From NCBI RefSeq assembly GCF_020637165.1, contig NZ_JACJWN010000007.1: a stretch of DNA of 64,000 nt. The stretch is one strand, 5' to 3'. Below are positions 50,547 through 60,355 of the stretch, in pieces. Positions within the stretch are counted from its first letter, which is position 1; the number at the start of each line of letters is the position of its first letter. The notes beneath the pieces are model-generated. The model ran no database searches, was not told where the DNA came from, and saw only the letters and a program-made list of their open reading frames with translations. The position numbers and the translations under genes were made by a program. The stretch comes from Mycolicibacterium sp. GTDB lineage: Bacteria; Actinomycetota; Actinomycetes; Mycobacteriales; Mycobacteriaceae.

Positions 50547-52025
50547 CTACGGTTCGTTTATCATTTCTCCGGTCTTAATGTTAACTCCGGCCTCAGATTC
50601 CGCACAGTCAGTGGCCGCTCGATCGCGGACGCTGCCACCGCCCGCGCCTCCTGCTTCGGGCTGATCGTCTCTGTAGTTTCCGGAATAGTAGTAGCCGTAA
50701 TTGTATGCACTGGTTCCGCGCGTCGGCGTCATGGTGAGCACCGCGCCGAGCAGTGTTGCGCCGACGTCATTGAGCATTCCGATGGCGTGTGAGAGTTGGT
50801 CGCGCTTTGTCTTTCCTGACCGCACGACGACCAGAGCGCCATCGGACTTCGCGGCAAGGATCGCGCCGTCGGTTACCGCGAGAAGCGGGGCCGAGTCGAT
50901 GACGACGTAGTCGAACTGGGAACGAAGTTCGCTGAGCATCCTTTCGGCGTTCAATGACCCGAGCAGTTCGCTCGGATTCGGTGGGGTTAGCCCGGCAGCT
51001 AGGGCCGTCACTCGGGTAAACTTTGTCCTTTGTAATGAATCGGCTAGGGGCGATCCGCCGCTGAGTACGGTGCTAACCCCCACCGAACCGATGAGGTCGA
51101 GGTAACTGGCCAATCGCGGGCGCCGTAAATCTCCATCGACCAAAACCACATTGTGATCGGCTTCTGCCAACGCGAGGGCGATGTTGATCGCTGTGGTGGA
51201 CTTGCCTTCACTCGGCGACGAACTGGTCACCACGATCACGCGTGGCGGATGATCAACTTCAAGGAACTGTAAGTTAGTCCGGAGCTTGCGGAATGCCTCA
51301 GCCGTTGATGAGTGGTCGGAATCGAACGACAGCGATGGAACAGAAGCGAATTTCTTATCAAAGGGGATGTAGCCAACGGTACCGGCGCCGGTGATCCCTT
51401 CCAGAACCTCTTGGCTCTTGACGGTGTTGTCGAGCAGGTCACGAAGAGCGGCAACGCCAATGCCCAACATTCCACCGAGGATGATGGCAAGGGCAAGGTT
51501 TCGACCCTTACGCGGCACCATTGGTTCTTCCGGAATGGTTGCCCGTTGCTCGACTATGACACGTGCATCCGGCCTTGTGCCTCCAGGCGGCGTTTCCAAT
51601 TCCGTTGCCATCATGACGAATTCGTCGGACAAGGCGTTGGCGATGTCTCGCGCTCGGACGGGCGACTCGTCAAGAACTGATACGTCGATCAGCACCGTTC
51701 CGGCTTTCGACTTGGCCGTTACTCGCTCTGTCAGCTTTTCTGCGTCCATGTCCAAGTCCAAGCGGTCGATGGTTCTCTGCGCAACCGTCTCGCCCTTCAC
51801 CAACTCGGCATAGGACACGACACGCTCTTGCGAAAAACGACTGCTCTGGTATAAATCGCTTGCCGATGTGTTGGACGTTGTGGCGACGAAGAGTCTTGTG
51901 GACGCCTCATAGAGTGGGGTCTGAAGCAGTGTGTAAGTCACCGCCGCCAGGATCGTGATCAGCGTAGTCACGACGATAGTGATCCAGCGGCTACGTAGCA
52001 GCTTCAGGAATTCCTGTATCGACAC
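50547..52025 (-). CDS. Polysaccharide co-polymerase / tyrosine autokinase (Wzc, CpsC-D fusion)
   Basis: Two TM segments, SSPSEGKST Walker A, VIDSAP, Tyr-rich tail YNYGYYY; GTG start. Confidence 0.9.
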   Translation of the reverse strand: MSIQEFLKLLRSRWITIVVTTLITILAAVTYTLLQTPLYEASTRLFVATTSNTSASDLYQSSRFSQERVVSYAELVKGETVAQRTIDRLDLDMDAEKLTERVTAKSKAGTVLIDVSVLDESPVRARDIANALSDEFVMMATELETPPGGTRPDARVIVEQRATIPEEPMVPRKGRNLALAIILGGMLGIGVAALRDLLDNTVKSQEVLEGITGAGTVGYIPFDKKFASVPSLSFDSDHSSTAEAFRKLRTNLQFLEVDHPPRVIVVTSSSPSEGKSTTAINIALALAEADHNVVLVDGDLRRPRLASYLDLIGSVGVSTVLSGGSPLADSLQRTKFTRVTALAAGLTPPNPSELLGSLNAERMLSELRSQFDYVVIDSAPLLAVTDGAILAAKSDGALVVVRSGKTKRDQLSHAIGMLNDVGATLLGAVLTMTPTRGTSAYNYGYYYSGNYRDDQPEAGGAGGGSVRDRAATDCAESEAGVNIKTGEMINEP

Positions 52026-52038
52026 CGCGATCGTCTCC

Positions 52039-53910
52039 CTACCCGCAAACCGGGACTGAAACCCGAGGCGCAACACTGTCGACCAATGGCTGGACCGGAA
52101 CTCGCGGTGCGCCTGGGTTCGTGGGTTCGGAAAGCCTGAATACCAATTCTCCGCTCTTGCCGGGGGGTATCGCGACTTGGACTTCAAAACTCGGTCGCCC
52201 GCGTTCAAGGTGCCTGATGGCCGTTGTCCGCTCACCGTTGGACGTGACGCTCATCAGTCTGGCGCCCTTGGTGGCCAAAAGGCGGACGGAACTCACCATT
52301 GTACCGTTCGGCACCTTCAGTGGAAGTCCGGGAGCGAGGCCCGGAGTTGCCGCCACGTAGTCGGGCAGCTGCATGTCGCCTACGGTGTTGGTCAACCGCA
52401 CCGTGATGGTCGAGTTTCGCATATCACTGTCACAGCCGTCTGCCACGTATTCGATTTCCCGCTTGAGGTAGTAGTCCATCTTGTTACCCGCGAGATTGTT
52501 GATGACAACCTGCGCATATGGTGCGTCATCATCAGGAACCGCATGCGCAAGTGGGGTTTCCTCAAGTAGTTGCTGCTCAGCTGGCGAGGAACTCCACACC
52601 GCGATGCGACCTTCGGCGGCCGCCCTTCCGAGAGCGTCGAGCAACTTCCGTGGATGCTTGACCGGCCCTGTCATTTTCTCTACTACGGCGCCGGCAATGT
52701 TCTGAAGGTACGCCTTCCGATCACGTTGTGTGATGTATGTGTTGTCCAAGCCTCCTGGGAAGCGTACGTAAGCTGTCGACAGAGTTAGCTCGACGACGTT
52801 GTCTTGATTGATCACCTCGCCGTCTGGGAGAGTCACCGGGCCAATTGCGCCGAGGATGTAGCTCAGGGCAATTGGGTCAGTGGCGATGACGCCGTCGATC
52901 GACAGCCCAGTCGGGGGTGGCGCACTTTCGGTGTACGCACGCGTCAACCCGTTTTCCACCATTGACTTCCAAATCTGGGCCGCGTACGGGAAGTGTGGAC
53001 TCATATTGCTGTTACGGAAGTCGGTGGTCGGATTCATCCACCCGTAAACCTTGTTGAATTCCGGTCCCAGGTCGATAGAGGCGGACGCCTCTCTAAGTTC
53101 GGTGTTCTGGCCAAGCGCGTCCACGATCGGCTTGCCGTCGTCGAAATCCACGACGGCGAAGCCGCCGAGGAGTCCGCCGGTGCCGCGTGCTTCAGCAGGG
53201 CTTTCAAAGCCCACCAGATAAGAGCGGGGACCGTCGGCACCCAACATCGACGGTGCAAGCTGGGCAGCAAGAGCGGTGTTGTGCAGGAGCTGCGCGAGTC
53301 TTGCAGTCTGCGTCTGTAGCTGCGAGCGCGCATCTCGAATCAGTGACAGGTAGGCCGGATCGGCGATTGACCGGGCCTCGGCATCGAGCTTCGCGGCGGC
53401 GACCGATAACTCGCTCAGCCGTGGTTCCTCGTCGCGAAGGAGCTTTAGGTTGATGCGGGTTCCGTCAATCAATTTGTCCGGCGATAAACCTGCGCCCATT
53501 GTGGCCCCGGGAAGTAGAACGCCATCGGCCAAGCCGACGACGACGTCGGATATCTGCTGGGTGGTTCTTAGCGGACTGCCCAGAAATGGCACCGCTGCGG
53601 CTACGTTCCACGGCAGGGAGTGGGTGGCTGCCCGAGCTCGGTGTGCGTGGAACTGGGCGCTCTCCGCGAACCGCGTGGCGTCCTCGGACTTGCCGCTCAG
53701 CAGAGCGTCTTTGGCCTGTTGGGCGCTGTCCTGTGCTTGCTCCAGATTCGACTTCGCTGATAGTCCCTGAAATCCCAGCCATCCGACGAAGATCGCGACC
53801 AGTAGCGCTGCGGCCAGGGCGCCCCATCTCATCCCCGCCGGCAGATCGGCCAGTCGGTGTTTCAGGCCGTCAGGCTCGTCGATGAACGGGTCGCTTGAGA
53901 AAGGTTTCAC
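52039..53910 (-). CDS. DUF4012-domain protein
   Basis: N-terminal TM; PAEARGTGG, NMSPHFP, NLAGNKMDYY. Confidence 0.8.
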   Translation of the reverse strand: MKPFSSDPFIDEPDGLKHRLADLPAGMRWGALAAALLVAIFVGWLGFQGLSAKSNLEQAQDSAQQAKDALLSGKSEDATRFAESAQFHAHRARAATHSLPWNVAAAVPFLGSPLRTTQQISDVVVGLADGVLLPGATMGAGLSPDKLIDGTRINLKLLRDEEPRLSELSVAAAKLDAEARSIADPAYLSLIRDARSQLQTQTARLAQLLHNTALAAQLAPSMLGADGPRSYLVGFESPAEARGTGGLLGGFAVVDFDDGKPIVDALGQNTELREASASIDLGPEFNKVYGWMNPTTDFRNSNMSPHFPYAAQIWKSMVENGLTRAYTESAPPPTGLSIDGVIATDPIALSYILGAIGPVTLPDGEVINQDNVVELTLSTAYVRFPGGLDNTYITQRDRKAYLQNIAGAVVEKMTGPVKHPRKLLDALGRAAAEGRIAVWSSSPAEQQLLEETPLAHAVPDDDAPYAQVVINNLAGNKMDYYLKREIEYVADGCDSDMRNSTITVRLTNTVGDMQLPDYVAATPGLAPGLPLKVPNGTMVSSVRLLATKGARLMSVTSNGERTTAIRHLERGRPSFEVQVAIPPGKSGELVFRLSEPTNPGAPRVPVQPLVDSVAPRVSVPVCG

Positions 53911-53961
53911 GTTGAACTAGATCCTCGTACCGGCAAGGTTGCGCATCTGGACATAGACATA

Positions 53962-53996
53962 ACAGTAGGGGCGGCTACAGGAGCCGCCCCTACTGT
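53962..53996. terminator. Perfect 15-bp hairpin, likely intrinsic terminator
   Basis: ACAGTAGGGGCGGCT-ACAGG-AGCCGCCCCTACTGT, just downstream of the 54014-54637 gene. Confidence 0.7.
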
Positions 53997-54013
53997 ATAA
54001 GAAGTGGGATTAG

Positions 54014-54637
54014 CTAGGCGCACCCGAGGCTGACGCCGGAGGTTGAGGTTCCGTACGGACCCACCACGGTCTGCCCCTGAGTCACCGTCCCGACGCCACC
54101 AACACAAGCCTCGAAGTCAAAGCCTTCGAGCCAGCCGTACATCGGCTGGGACCACCCCGGCAGGTCTGCCAGCGGTTCGAACTCAAAGGTCACGACCTGT
54201 TCTGGGGGGTTCGGATTAGGCGACCCGAACCACCAGAGCGGATTCTGGAAGAGCGGGTTTCCGTCGAAAGGGGTGGCGTCGGCAGTGGCATCAGCCGCGG
54301 ACGCATCAGCCGTGGGCACGTCAAGCGCCGCGTCGGGAATATCGGTGCTCACATCCGGATCTCCGGCACCCGGGGTGCTGGCGGGGGAGTCGTTGTTGTC
54401 CGATCCGGTGGCAGCGTTGTTGCGCGCATCTTCAGCGGCCTTGCGGGCATTGGCGCCGCGGGACTCCCGCTTGGGGGTCCGGCCGGCAGAGCTGCCGACA
54501 GAGGCGTCGCTGCTTCCGGCGGTGCTGTTGCCGGAGTCGGTCTCGTCGGCTTGGGCGAGGACCGGCGGGATGACGGCCACGGCGGCGACTGCGAAAACCG
54601 CAGTACCGAGCCGCAATTTACTGGCAACGGTGGTCAT
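54014..54637 (-). CDS. Secreted hypothetical protein with low-complexity linker
   Basis: Signal-like MTTVASKLRLGTAVFAVAAVAVIPPVLAQA; C-terminal NPLWWFG and two Cys. Confidence 0.6.
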   Translation of the reverse strand: MTTVASKLRLGTAVFAVAAVAVIPPVLAQADETDSGNSTAGSSDASVGSSAGRTPKRESRGANARKAAEDARNNAATGSDNNDSPASTPGAGDPDVSTDIPDAALDVPTADASAADATADATPFDGNPLFQNPLWWFGSPNPNPPEQVVTFEFEPLADLPGWSQPMYGWLEGFDFEACVGGVGTVTQGQTVVGPYGTSTSGVSLGCA

Positions 54638-54815
54638 GGTCTTTCCCCATCCCCTATCGGAAACTTCTGTCTTCAATGTGTTGCGGATCAAACCTTGCCA
54701 CCGCCGGTGGTGGTTGTCAACTCAACTGGCAAACTTGTCGGCGATTCGCGCTCAGGTTCTTGTAAGGCACGTCCTAGAGGGACTTTAGGCCCTATGGGAG
54801 CGTCCGCTCAGCCCC

Positions 54816-55712
54816 TCAGGCCGCCGCGGCGCCCGGCTTGAGATAGGTCACCAGGCTCACATCGATGCTGTCGTCGATGAAGTAGAACTGGCATCCCTTG
54901 AGGTAGCGCATGTAGTTCTCGTAGTTCTGCTCGCCGGCGACCTCGATGGCCGTCGCTTTATTACGCTCCAGGGCGTCGGCCCACAGGCCCAGGGTCTTGA
55001 TGTAGTGGTTCCGCAGCGACATCGTCTCAGGTACTGCAAACCCGGCTTTCTCGCCGTGCTCGACCATCATCTCGGTGCTGGGCAGCCGCCCGCCGGGGAA
55101 GATCTCGGTATACATGAACTTGATGAACCTGGCCAGGGCAAACGTCAGCTTTTTGCCGCGCGCGGCCAGGTCGTACGGGTGATACGCCACGCTGCTCTGG
55201 ATGGTCATCCGGCCGTCCTCGGGCAGGATCTCGAAGCAGGTCTTGAAGAAGTCGTCATAGCGCTCGAAGCCGAAGTGCTCGAAGGCCTCGATCGAGACGA
55301 TCCGGTCGACGGGGGAGTGGAACTGCTCCCAGCCCTCCAAGCGCACGTCGAAGGTCCGCTCGCTGTCGATCCCTGAGAGCAGCTGCTTGCAGTAGGCCTG
55401 CTGGTTCTTCGACAAGGTCAGGCCGATGACGTTGACGTCGTACTTCTCCATCGCGCGCTGCATGGTCAGGCCCCAGCCGCAGCCGACCTCCAGCAACGTC
55501 ATGCCGGGCTTGAGGTCCAACTTGTCCAGGTGGAGGTCGACATCGGCGATCTGCGCTTCCGACAACGTGGCGTCCGGGCCGGTGAAGTAAGCGCAGCTGT
55601 ACTTGCGCGTCGGATCCTGGAAAAGTCCGAAAAAGTCGTCGGACAGATCGTAATGCGCTTGAATATGCTCGAAGTTCGGCCGCAGATCCTTGGATTCGGT
55701 TGCCTCAGGCAT
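54816..55712 (-). CDS. Mycolic acid cyclopropane synthase / methyltransferase (CmaA/MmaA/UmaA family)
   Basis: [35 protein letters not shown]. Confidence 0.92.
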   Translation of the reverse strand: MPEATESKDLRPNFEHIQAHYDLSDDFFGLFQDPTRKYSCAYFTGPDATLSEAQIADVDLHLDKLDLKPGMTLLEVGCGWGLTMQRAMEKYDVNVIGLTLSKNQQAYCKQLLSGIDSERTFDVRLEGWEQFHSPVDRIVSIEAFEHFGFERYDDFFKTCFEILPEDGRMTIQSSVAYHPYDLAARGKKLTFALARFIKFMYTEIFPGGRLPSTEMMVEHGEKAGFAVPETMSLRNHYIKTLGLWADALERNKATAIEVAGEQNYENYMRYLKGCQFYFIDDSIDVSLVTYLKPGAAAA

Positions 55713-55864
55713 GAATGTGCTCGCCCTTCCCGTGCCGGTGGTCACCTCAGTCGCCACGACTCCACCTTGTGGTGGGCCCATCGCTGTGACGATACCTGTC
55801 GCCGGCGTGCTATCAGACTCAGCGCAAGGCTACCCGTGTCGGGCCGAAATTCTGTTATCGGGCC

Positions 55865-56782
55865 TCAGGGTGTGGCGCGAGCGTACTGCGCGAACGTCGT
55901 CGCCAGTTCGACGATGATGTCGTCGAACAGCGGCTCGGGCAGGTCGTGGCCCATCCCGTCGAACAGCACCAACCGTGCCCCCGGGATGGCCTTGGCGATC
56001 GCGCGTCCGCCGGCGGGGCGCATCAGCGTGTCGGCCCGGCCGTGGATGACGACGGTGGGGGCGGTGATCTGTTTGTCGTAGCGGCCCAGGCTGCCGCTGC
56101 CCAGGATCGCCGCGAAGTGCCGGCCGATGCCCTGCGGGTAGTAGGCCCGTTCGTAGGCCTCGATGGCGTCGGCGCGCAACCGCTCGTCGGATTTCGGGTA
56201 GCCGGGGCTGCCGATGATCCGCGATACCCGTATCGAGTTCTCCACGATGACCTCGCGCGGGGAGTTCGGCGGGGGTCCCTTGATCAGAGACATCAGGGCC
56301 TTGGGCGCCGGTGGGGGCAACAGCGGCGTGTTGTTCGAGGAGAAGATGATCCCCAGCCCGCCGGTGCGCTGTGGATACCGTGCGGCGAAGATCTGGGCGA
56401 TCATCCCGCCCATCGACGCACCCACGATGTGGGCGCGCTCGACACCGAGGTGGTCCAGCAGGGCGGCGGCGTCGTCGGCCATGTCCTCCAACCGGTACAC
56501 CGACGGGCTGGACAGGCCCAGGAACGAGCGCAGCAGGCGCGGCACCAGCGCGCCGTCGTGACGCTGCCCGTGCAGCTTGGAGGACAGCCCGACGTCGCGG
56601 TTGTCGAACCGGATCACCCGGTAGCCGCGGTCGAGCAGTTCCTGGCAGAACTCCTCATGCCAGAGCACCAGCTGCGCGCCGAGGCCCATGATGAGCAGCA
56701 CCGCCGGGTCGTCGGCGTTGCCGAGGTCCTCGTAGTGCAGTTCGATGTCGCCGTGATGGGCGTATCCGGACCGGATGTCCAT
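55865..56782 (-). CDS. lipG: Alpha/beta hydrolase, LipG-like
   Basis: IMGLGAQ, DNRDVGLS, GASMGG, GMGHD; synteny with mmaA and the ABC1 kinase. Confidence 0.8.
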   Translation of the reverse strand: MDIRSGYAHHGDIELHYEDLGNADDPAVLLIMGLGAQLVLWHEEFCQELLDRGYRVIRFDNRDVGLSSKLHGQRHDGALVPRLLRSFLGLSSPSVYRLEDMADDAAALLDHLGVERAHIVGASMGGMIAQIFAARYPQRTGGLGIIFSSNNTPLLPPPAPKALMSLIKGPPPNSPREVIVENSIRVSRIIGSPGYPKSDERLRADAIEAYERAYYPQGIGRHFAAILGSGSLGRYDKQITAPTVVIHGRADTLMRPAGGRAIAKAIPGARLVLFDGMGHDLPEPLFDDIIVELATTFAQYARATP

Positions 56783-58128
56783 CAGGCCTCGACGTCGCTC
56801 TGGTGCTCCCGGCTGACCTCGACCATGAAGTTGGCGAAGTAGCCGGAGAACTGCGGGTCGTTCATCATCTGCCAGCGCGGCGCCAGCAGTTTCATATAGC
56901 GCTCGACGTAGAGGAACTGCTTACCGATCAACACCAGTTCGCGGGGCAGCTTGACGTCGTAGGCGTCGGCCAGGGTGGACAGCTGCTTGCCGATCTCGGC
57001 ATAGGACATATCGCCGAGGGTTTTCAGCGTCAGCGGTGCGGCGAAGGCCTCCAGATCCTTGGCGGCCTGGGCTTCGGGCTTGACGGTGCCGACCGCGCCG
57101 AGCAGCACGACGATCTTGCCGGCGGCGGCGTGGTCCTTCTTGACCAGCAGCGCGTAGATCAGTTCGCGCAGCAGCCATCGGGTGCGCGGGTCGATGCGGC
57201 CCATGATCCCGAAGTCGAGGAACACGATGCGGCCCTCGTCGTCGACGAGCAGGTTCCCGGCGTGCAGGTCGCCGTGGAACAGGCCGTGGCGCAGTCCGCC
57301 CTCGAAGGTGGAGAACAGCAGCGCCTTGACCAGTTCGGTGCCGTCGAAACCCTTCTTGCGGATCTCCTTGACGTCGTCGATGCGCACGCCGTGCACCCGT
57401 TCCATGGTGAGCACCCGCTCGCTGGTGAACTCCCAGTGCACGTGCGGCACCTTGATGTTGCGGCCCAGCGGCGAACCGTGCAGGCCCGAGACCCAGGCCT
57501 CCATGGACTGCGCCTCGATGCGGAAGTCCAGTTCCTCGGCGAGGTTGTCGGCGAAGTCGGCCACCACGTCCTGGGCGGACAGGCGCCGGCCCAGCTTGGC
57601 CAGTTCCACCACCTGGGCGAAGCGTTTGAGGATCTGCAGGTCCGCGGCGACGCGGCGGCGGATGCCCGGGCGCTGGATCTTGACGACGACGTCCTCGCCG
57701 GTGTGCAGGGTGGCGAAGTGCACCTGGGCGATGGAGGCCGAGGCGAACGGCTGCTCGTCGAAGTGCTGGAACAGCTGCGCCGGATCGGCGCCGAGTTCCT
57801 CTTTGAGTAGCGTGTGCACTTCGTCTTCGTCGGCGGGGGGGACCGCGTCGAGCAGGCTGCGGAATTCTCTGGACAGCTGCTCGCCGAAGGCGCCGGGGCT
57901 GGAGGCGATAATCTGGCCGAACTTGACGTAGGTGGGGCCGAGGTCGGCGAAGGTCTGTGGGATCTCCCGGATGACCTTGTCCTGCAGCGCCCCCTTGCCG
58001 GGCAGTTTGGTGAGCACGCGCATCCCGGTCCGGGTGAGCTGCCAGCCGGTCATGCCGATCCTGGCCGCCTCGACCGGCAACGGCACCCGGTCCAGCTTCG
58101 CCATCTCGCGGTGATCGGTGGAACTCAT
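56782..58128 (-). CDS. AarF/ABC1/UbiB-family kinase (Rv0647c-like)
   Basis: GPTYVKFGQ, ASASIAQVH, VKIQRP, FHGDLHAGN, FLDFG. Confidence 0.9.
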   Translation of the reverse strand: MSSTDHREMAKLDRVPLPVEAARIGMTGWQLTRTGMRVLTKLPGKGALQDKVIREIPQTFADLGPTYVKFGQIIASSPGAFGEQLSREFRSLLDAVPPADEDEVHTLLKEELGADPAQLFQHFDEQPFASASIAQVHFATLHTGEDVVVKIQRPGIRRRVAADLQILKRFAQVVELAKLGRRLSAQDVVADFADNLAEELDFRIEAQSMEAWVSGLHGSPLGRNIKVPHVHWEFTSERVLTMERVHGVRIDDVKEIRKKGFDGTELVKALLFSTFEGGLRHGLFHGDLHAGNLLVDDEGRIVFLDFGIMGRIDPRTRWLLRELIYALLVKKDHAAAGKIVVLLGAVGTVKPEAQAAKDLEAFAAPLTLKTLGDMSYAEIGKQLSTLADAYDVKLPRELVLIGKQFLYVERYMKLLAPRWQMMNDPQFSGYFANFMVEVSREHQSDVEA

Positions 58129-58160
58129 TCGCATCAGTCTGCCAAACCCGCTACTTCCTG

Positions 58161-58222
58161 CGCGAGCAGACGTGAACTCGCACGAATCGGGGCCGACCAG
58201 TGCGAGTTTGCGTCTGCTGGCG
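58161..58222. repeat. Mycobacterial intergenic palindromic (REP-like) repeat
   Basis: GCAGACGTGAACTCGCAC..GTGCGAGTTTGCGTCTGC. Confidence 0.65.
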
Positions 58223-58288
58223 AGGGTGGCGCGGGTGTTGTTAACAGCGGTGTCAACGAGATTGTTGATGCCGCCGTATCCTTGGGCC

Positions 58289-58516
58289 ATGCTTCGGGTC
58301 AGTGACGAGGTGCGCGAACAGGTGCTGCGGATCGGACGCGAGGAGTTCGGGGGAGCCTCGGCGGACGAGACGATCCGGCGCCTCATCGACGAGCACTGGA
58401 AGACTCAAGCCGTTGCCGTGGTGCGCGCCTACCGGCACAGCGATCCCGAAGGCTGGGCGGACTATCTGGCCGAGGCCGACGACCGTGCTGGTGCCGACGC
58501 TCCGATTGCCGAGTAG
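58289..58516 (+). CDS. Putative antitoxin of the MazF-like toxin
   Basis: Basic N-terminus LRVSDEVREQV, acidic tail; stop abuts toxin GTG; start uncertain. Confidence 0.65.
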   Translation: MLRVSDEVREQVLRIGREEFGGASADETIRRLIDEHWKTQAVAVVRAYRHSDPEGWADYLAEADDRAGADAPIAE

Positions 58517-58857
58517 TGCGGTCGCCGGCGATCGAGCCGGGGCAGGTGTGGTTCGTCGACTTCGACCTGGTCCGTGGCCGTGAGCAGGACAAAGATCGTC
58601 CTGCGCTGGTGGTGTCGTCGCGATTTCATCTTGATCTGACTGGCGGGCGGCTGATCACGGTCCTGCCCTTGACCAGTGTGGAGCGGCCAGGATGGCTTCA
58701 CCGCATCCGCATCGACGCCGGTGGTGGGTGGGTGATCACCGAACAGATCCGCACCGTTTCGGCCGACCGGTTCCGTCGGTACGCCCCGGAGATCGCATTG
58801 ACCGCCGATGAACTCCGCGAGGTGCGACACGTGCTGGGACACACGCTCTTTATGTAG
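58516..58857 (+). CDS. mazF: MazF/PemK-family endoribonuclease toxin
   Basis: [34 protein letters not shown]. Confidence 0.88.
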   Translation: MRSPAIEPGQVWFVDFDLVRGREQDKDRPALVVSSRFHLDLTGGRLITVLPLTSVERPGWLHRIRIDAGGGWVITEQIRTVSADRFRRYAPEIALTADELREVRHVLGHTLFM

Positions 58858-59269
58858 GCGTGAACCAGGTCGCAGGCTGTCCGGTCACGGCGGCAATGAT
58901 GTCGAAGTCCTTATCGACGTGCAACACGGTAAGACCCGCTAGTTCCGCGGTCGCTGCGATGAGCAGATCGGGAATTGAAGGACCCCGATGGTGGCCGCGA
59001 TCGGCAAGCAGGGTCTGTACTTCCAGGGCGCGATCCTCGATCTTCGGGGTCAGATATTCGACTGGCATGGCCGCGAGCGGTGACTCTGCTAGCTGCCGGC
59101 GGGCCGCGGCGCCCGAACGTGCCGAATAACCGATCTCCAGCAGTGTCAGGTTGCTGATCTGCACGAGTCCGCGTTCGATGCGGTTGCTCCAAAGTTCCAA
59201 GTCGTCGCACCGCCCCAGTCGGGCGAGGGCCGACTTGTCGATCAGCCACGCCTTCTCGGTCATCGCCAA
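58850..59269 (-). CDS. vapC: VapC-family PIN toxin
   Basis: [30 protein letters not shown]. Confidence 0.9.
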   Translation of the reverse strand: MAMTEKAWLIDKSALARLGRCDDLELWSNRIERGLVQISNLTLLEIGYSARSGAAARRQLAESPLAAMPVEYLTPKIEDRALEVQTLLADRGHHRGPSIPDLLIAATAELAGLTVLHVDKDFDIIAAVTGQPATWFTPT

Positions 59270-59481
59270 GCTTCGCGCATCAACTCTTCGTCGGCGAGAT
59301 TGGTGAGCGCCTGCCCGAGACGTTCGAGGTGGTCTCTCGTGACGTTAAGTCGGGCGGCGCGCGCATCCTGCGCTAGCCGGCGGCGGATGTACTCGACGCG
59401 CGATAAGCCCATGTCGGCCGCTCTTGCGTCAATCCCGGAGAGGACGTCCTCAGGCACGTCGCGGATCAGCACGTCCGTCAT
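59260..59481 (-). CDS. vapB: VapB/FitA-like RHH antitoxin
   Basis: [24 protein letters not shown]; overlaps vapC start. Confidence 0.85.
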   Translation of the reverse strand: MTDVLIRDVPEDVLSGIDARAADMGLSRVEYIRRRLAQDARAARLNVTRDHLERLGQALTNLADEELMREAWR

Positions 59482-59519
59482 GCAGTAATGATATCAACCA
59501 CTATCGTGCGGCGCTGCGA

Positions 59520-59554
59520 AGATTCGTTGGGGTGCAGATAAGCGCCGCCGAGGC
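59520..59554 (+). repeat. 35-bp imperfect direct repeat, copy 1
   Basis: 32/35 identical to 60321-60355. Confidence 0.85.
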
Positions 59555-59653
59555 CACCGACGGCATCTTCCCCGACCTCAACCTGCCGTGCGTGTCACCG
59601 ACGGGCCCTCCTAGCGCTGACGCCTTGATCGGTTAACGCTGTGGGTGAGCGGT

Positions 59654-60040
59654 TCAGGCGTTGGTGAGCTGACTGATTCGCTGCGGCGATACCTGGAGGA
59701 GTGTCGCGGCGTCACGAACGGGTATCCCTGCCGAGGTCAGCTTTAGTGCATAAGCGCGGGCGGCATCGGTCGCCGTCGCCTCCAACCGGTGGGCCTGGCG
59801 TCGACGTTCCTGGATCTCCTCTGCCGGGCCCAGGATGTCATCTCCGTTGGGAAGCTTGATGCTGGTCACGTGTACTGCAATGTCGGAAATTGAGGCATCG
59901 GTGCTGATCGCGATAAGGCTTCTTGCCATGTCTTCAATCTCGGAGATTCGCCGCGTCTGAGTGACTTGGTCGATCTCGGGAACGACGATCATCCACCAGC
60001 GGCCGTCGCGGTGTACCTCGATCTTGTAGTCGCGCATCAC
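59654..60040 (-). CDS. HicB-like antitoxin with C-terminal HTH
   Basis: WWMIVVPEI..TQ N-terminus; RDAATLLQVSPQRISQL. Confidence 0.75.
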   Translation of the reverse strand: MMRDYKIEVHRDGRWWMIVVPEIDQVTQTRRISEIEDMARSLIAISTDASISDIAVHVTSIKLPNGDDILGPAEEIQERRRQAHRLEATATDAARAYALKLTSAGIPVRDAATLLQVSPQRISQLTNA

Positions 60041-60237
60041 GCCTCACTCGCCTGTTCGATGGCCTGATTGACCTTGCGAACCACTCCGGGGCTGATCGTC
60101 CGGTGGCTGTCGGGGACGGCCACCCAGGCGCCGTTGGGGTGCGCCCATCTGCTGTGGCTTCCATCGGTGCTGATACGCGCGAAGCCGGCCGCCTTGAGTC
60201 GCTTGACGACTGTCCGGGTTGGTTCCTCTTTGACCAC
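60037..60237 (-). CDS. hicA: HicA-family toxin
   Basis: LKAAGF..GSHSRW..VPDSHRTISPG; ATGA coupling with the antitoxin. Confidence 0.82.
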   Translation of the reverse strand: MVKEEPTRTVVKRLKAAGFARISTDGSHSRWAHPNGAWVAVPDSHRTISPGVVRKVNQAIEQASEA

Positions 60238-60320
60238 CAAGATAGTCCATCCTGCTAGACGGTTTCTAGTCAAGTCAGCTAGATGAAGCATCCGAAGCGT
60301 CGCACCCTCCCGGGCCGCGT

Positions 60321-60355
60321 AGATTTGCTGGGGTGCAGATCAGCGCCGCCGAGGC
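60321..60355 (+). repeat. 35-bp direct repeat, copy 2, containing the GH38 start codon
   Basis: AGATTTGCTGGGGTGCAGATCAGCGCCGCCGAGGC. Confidence 0.85.
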
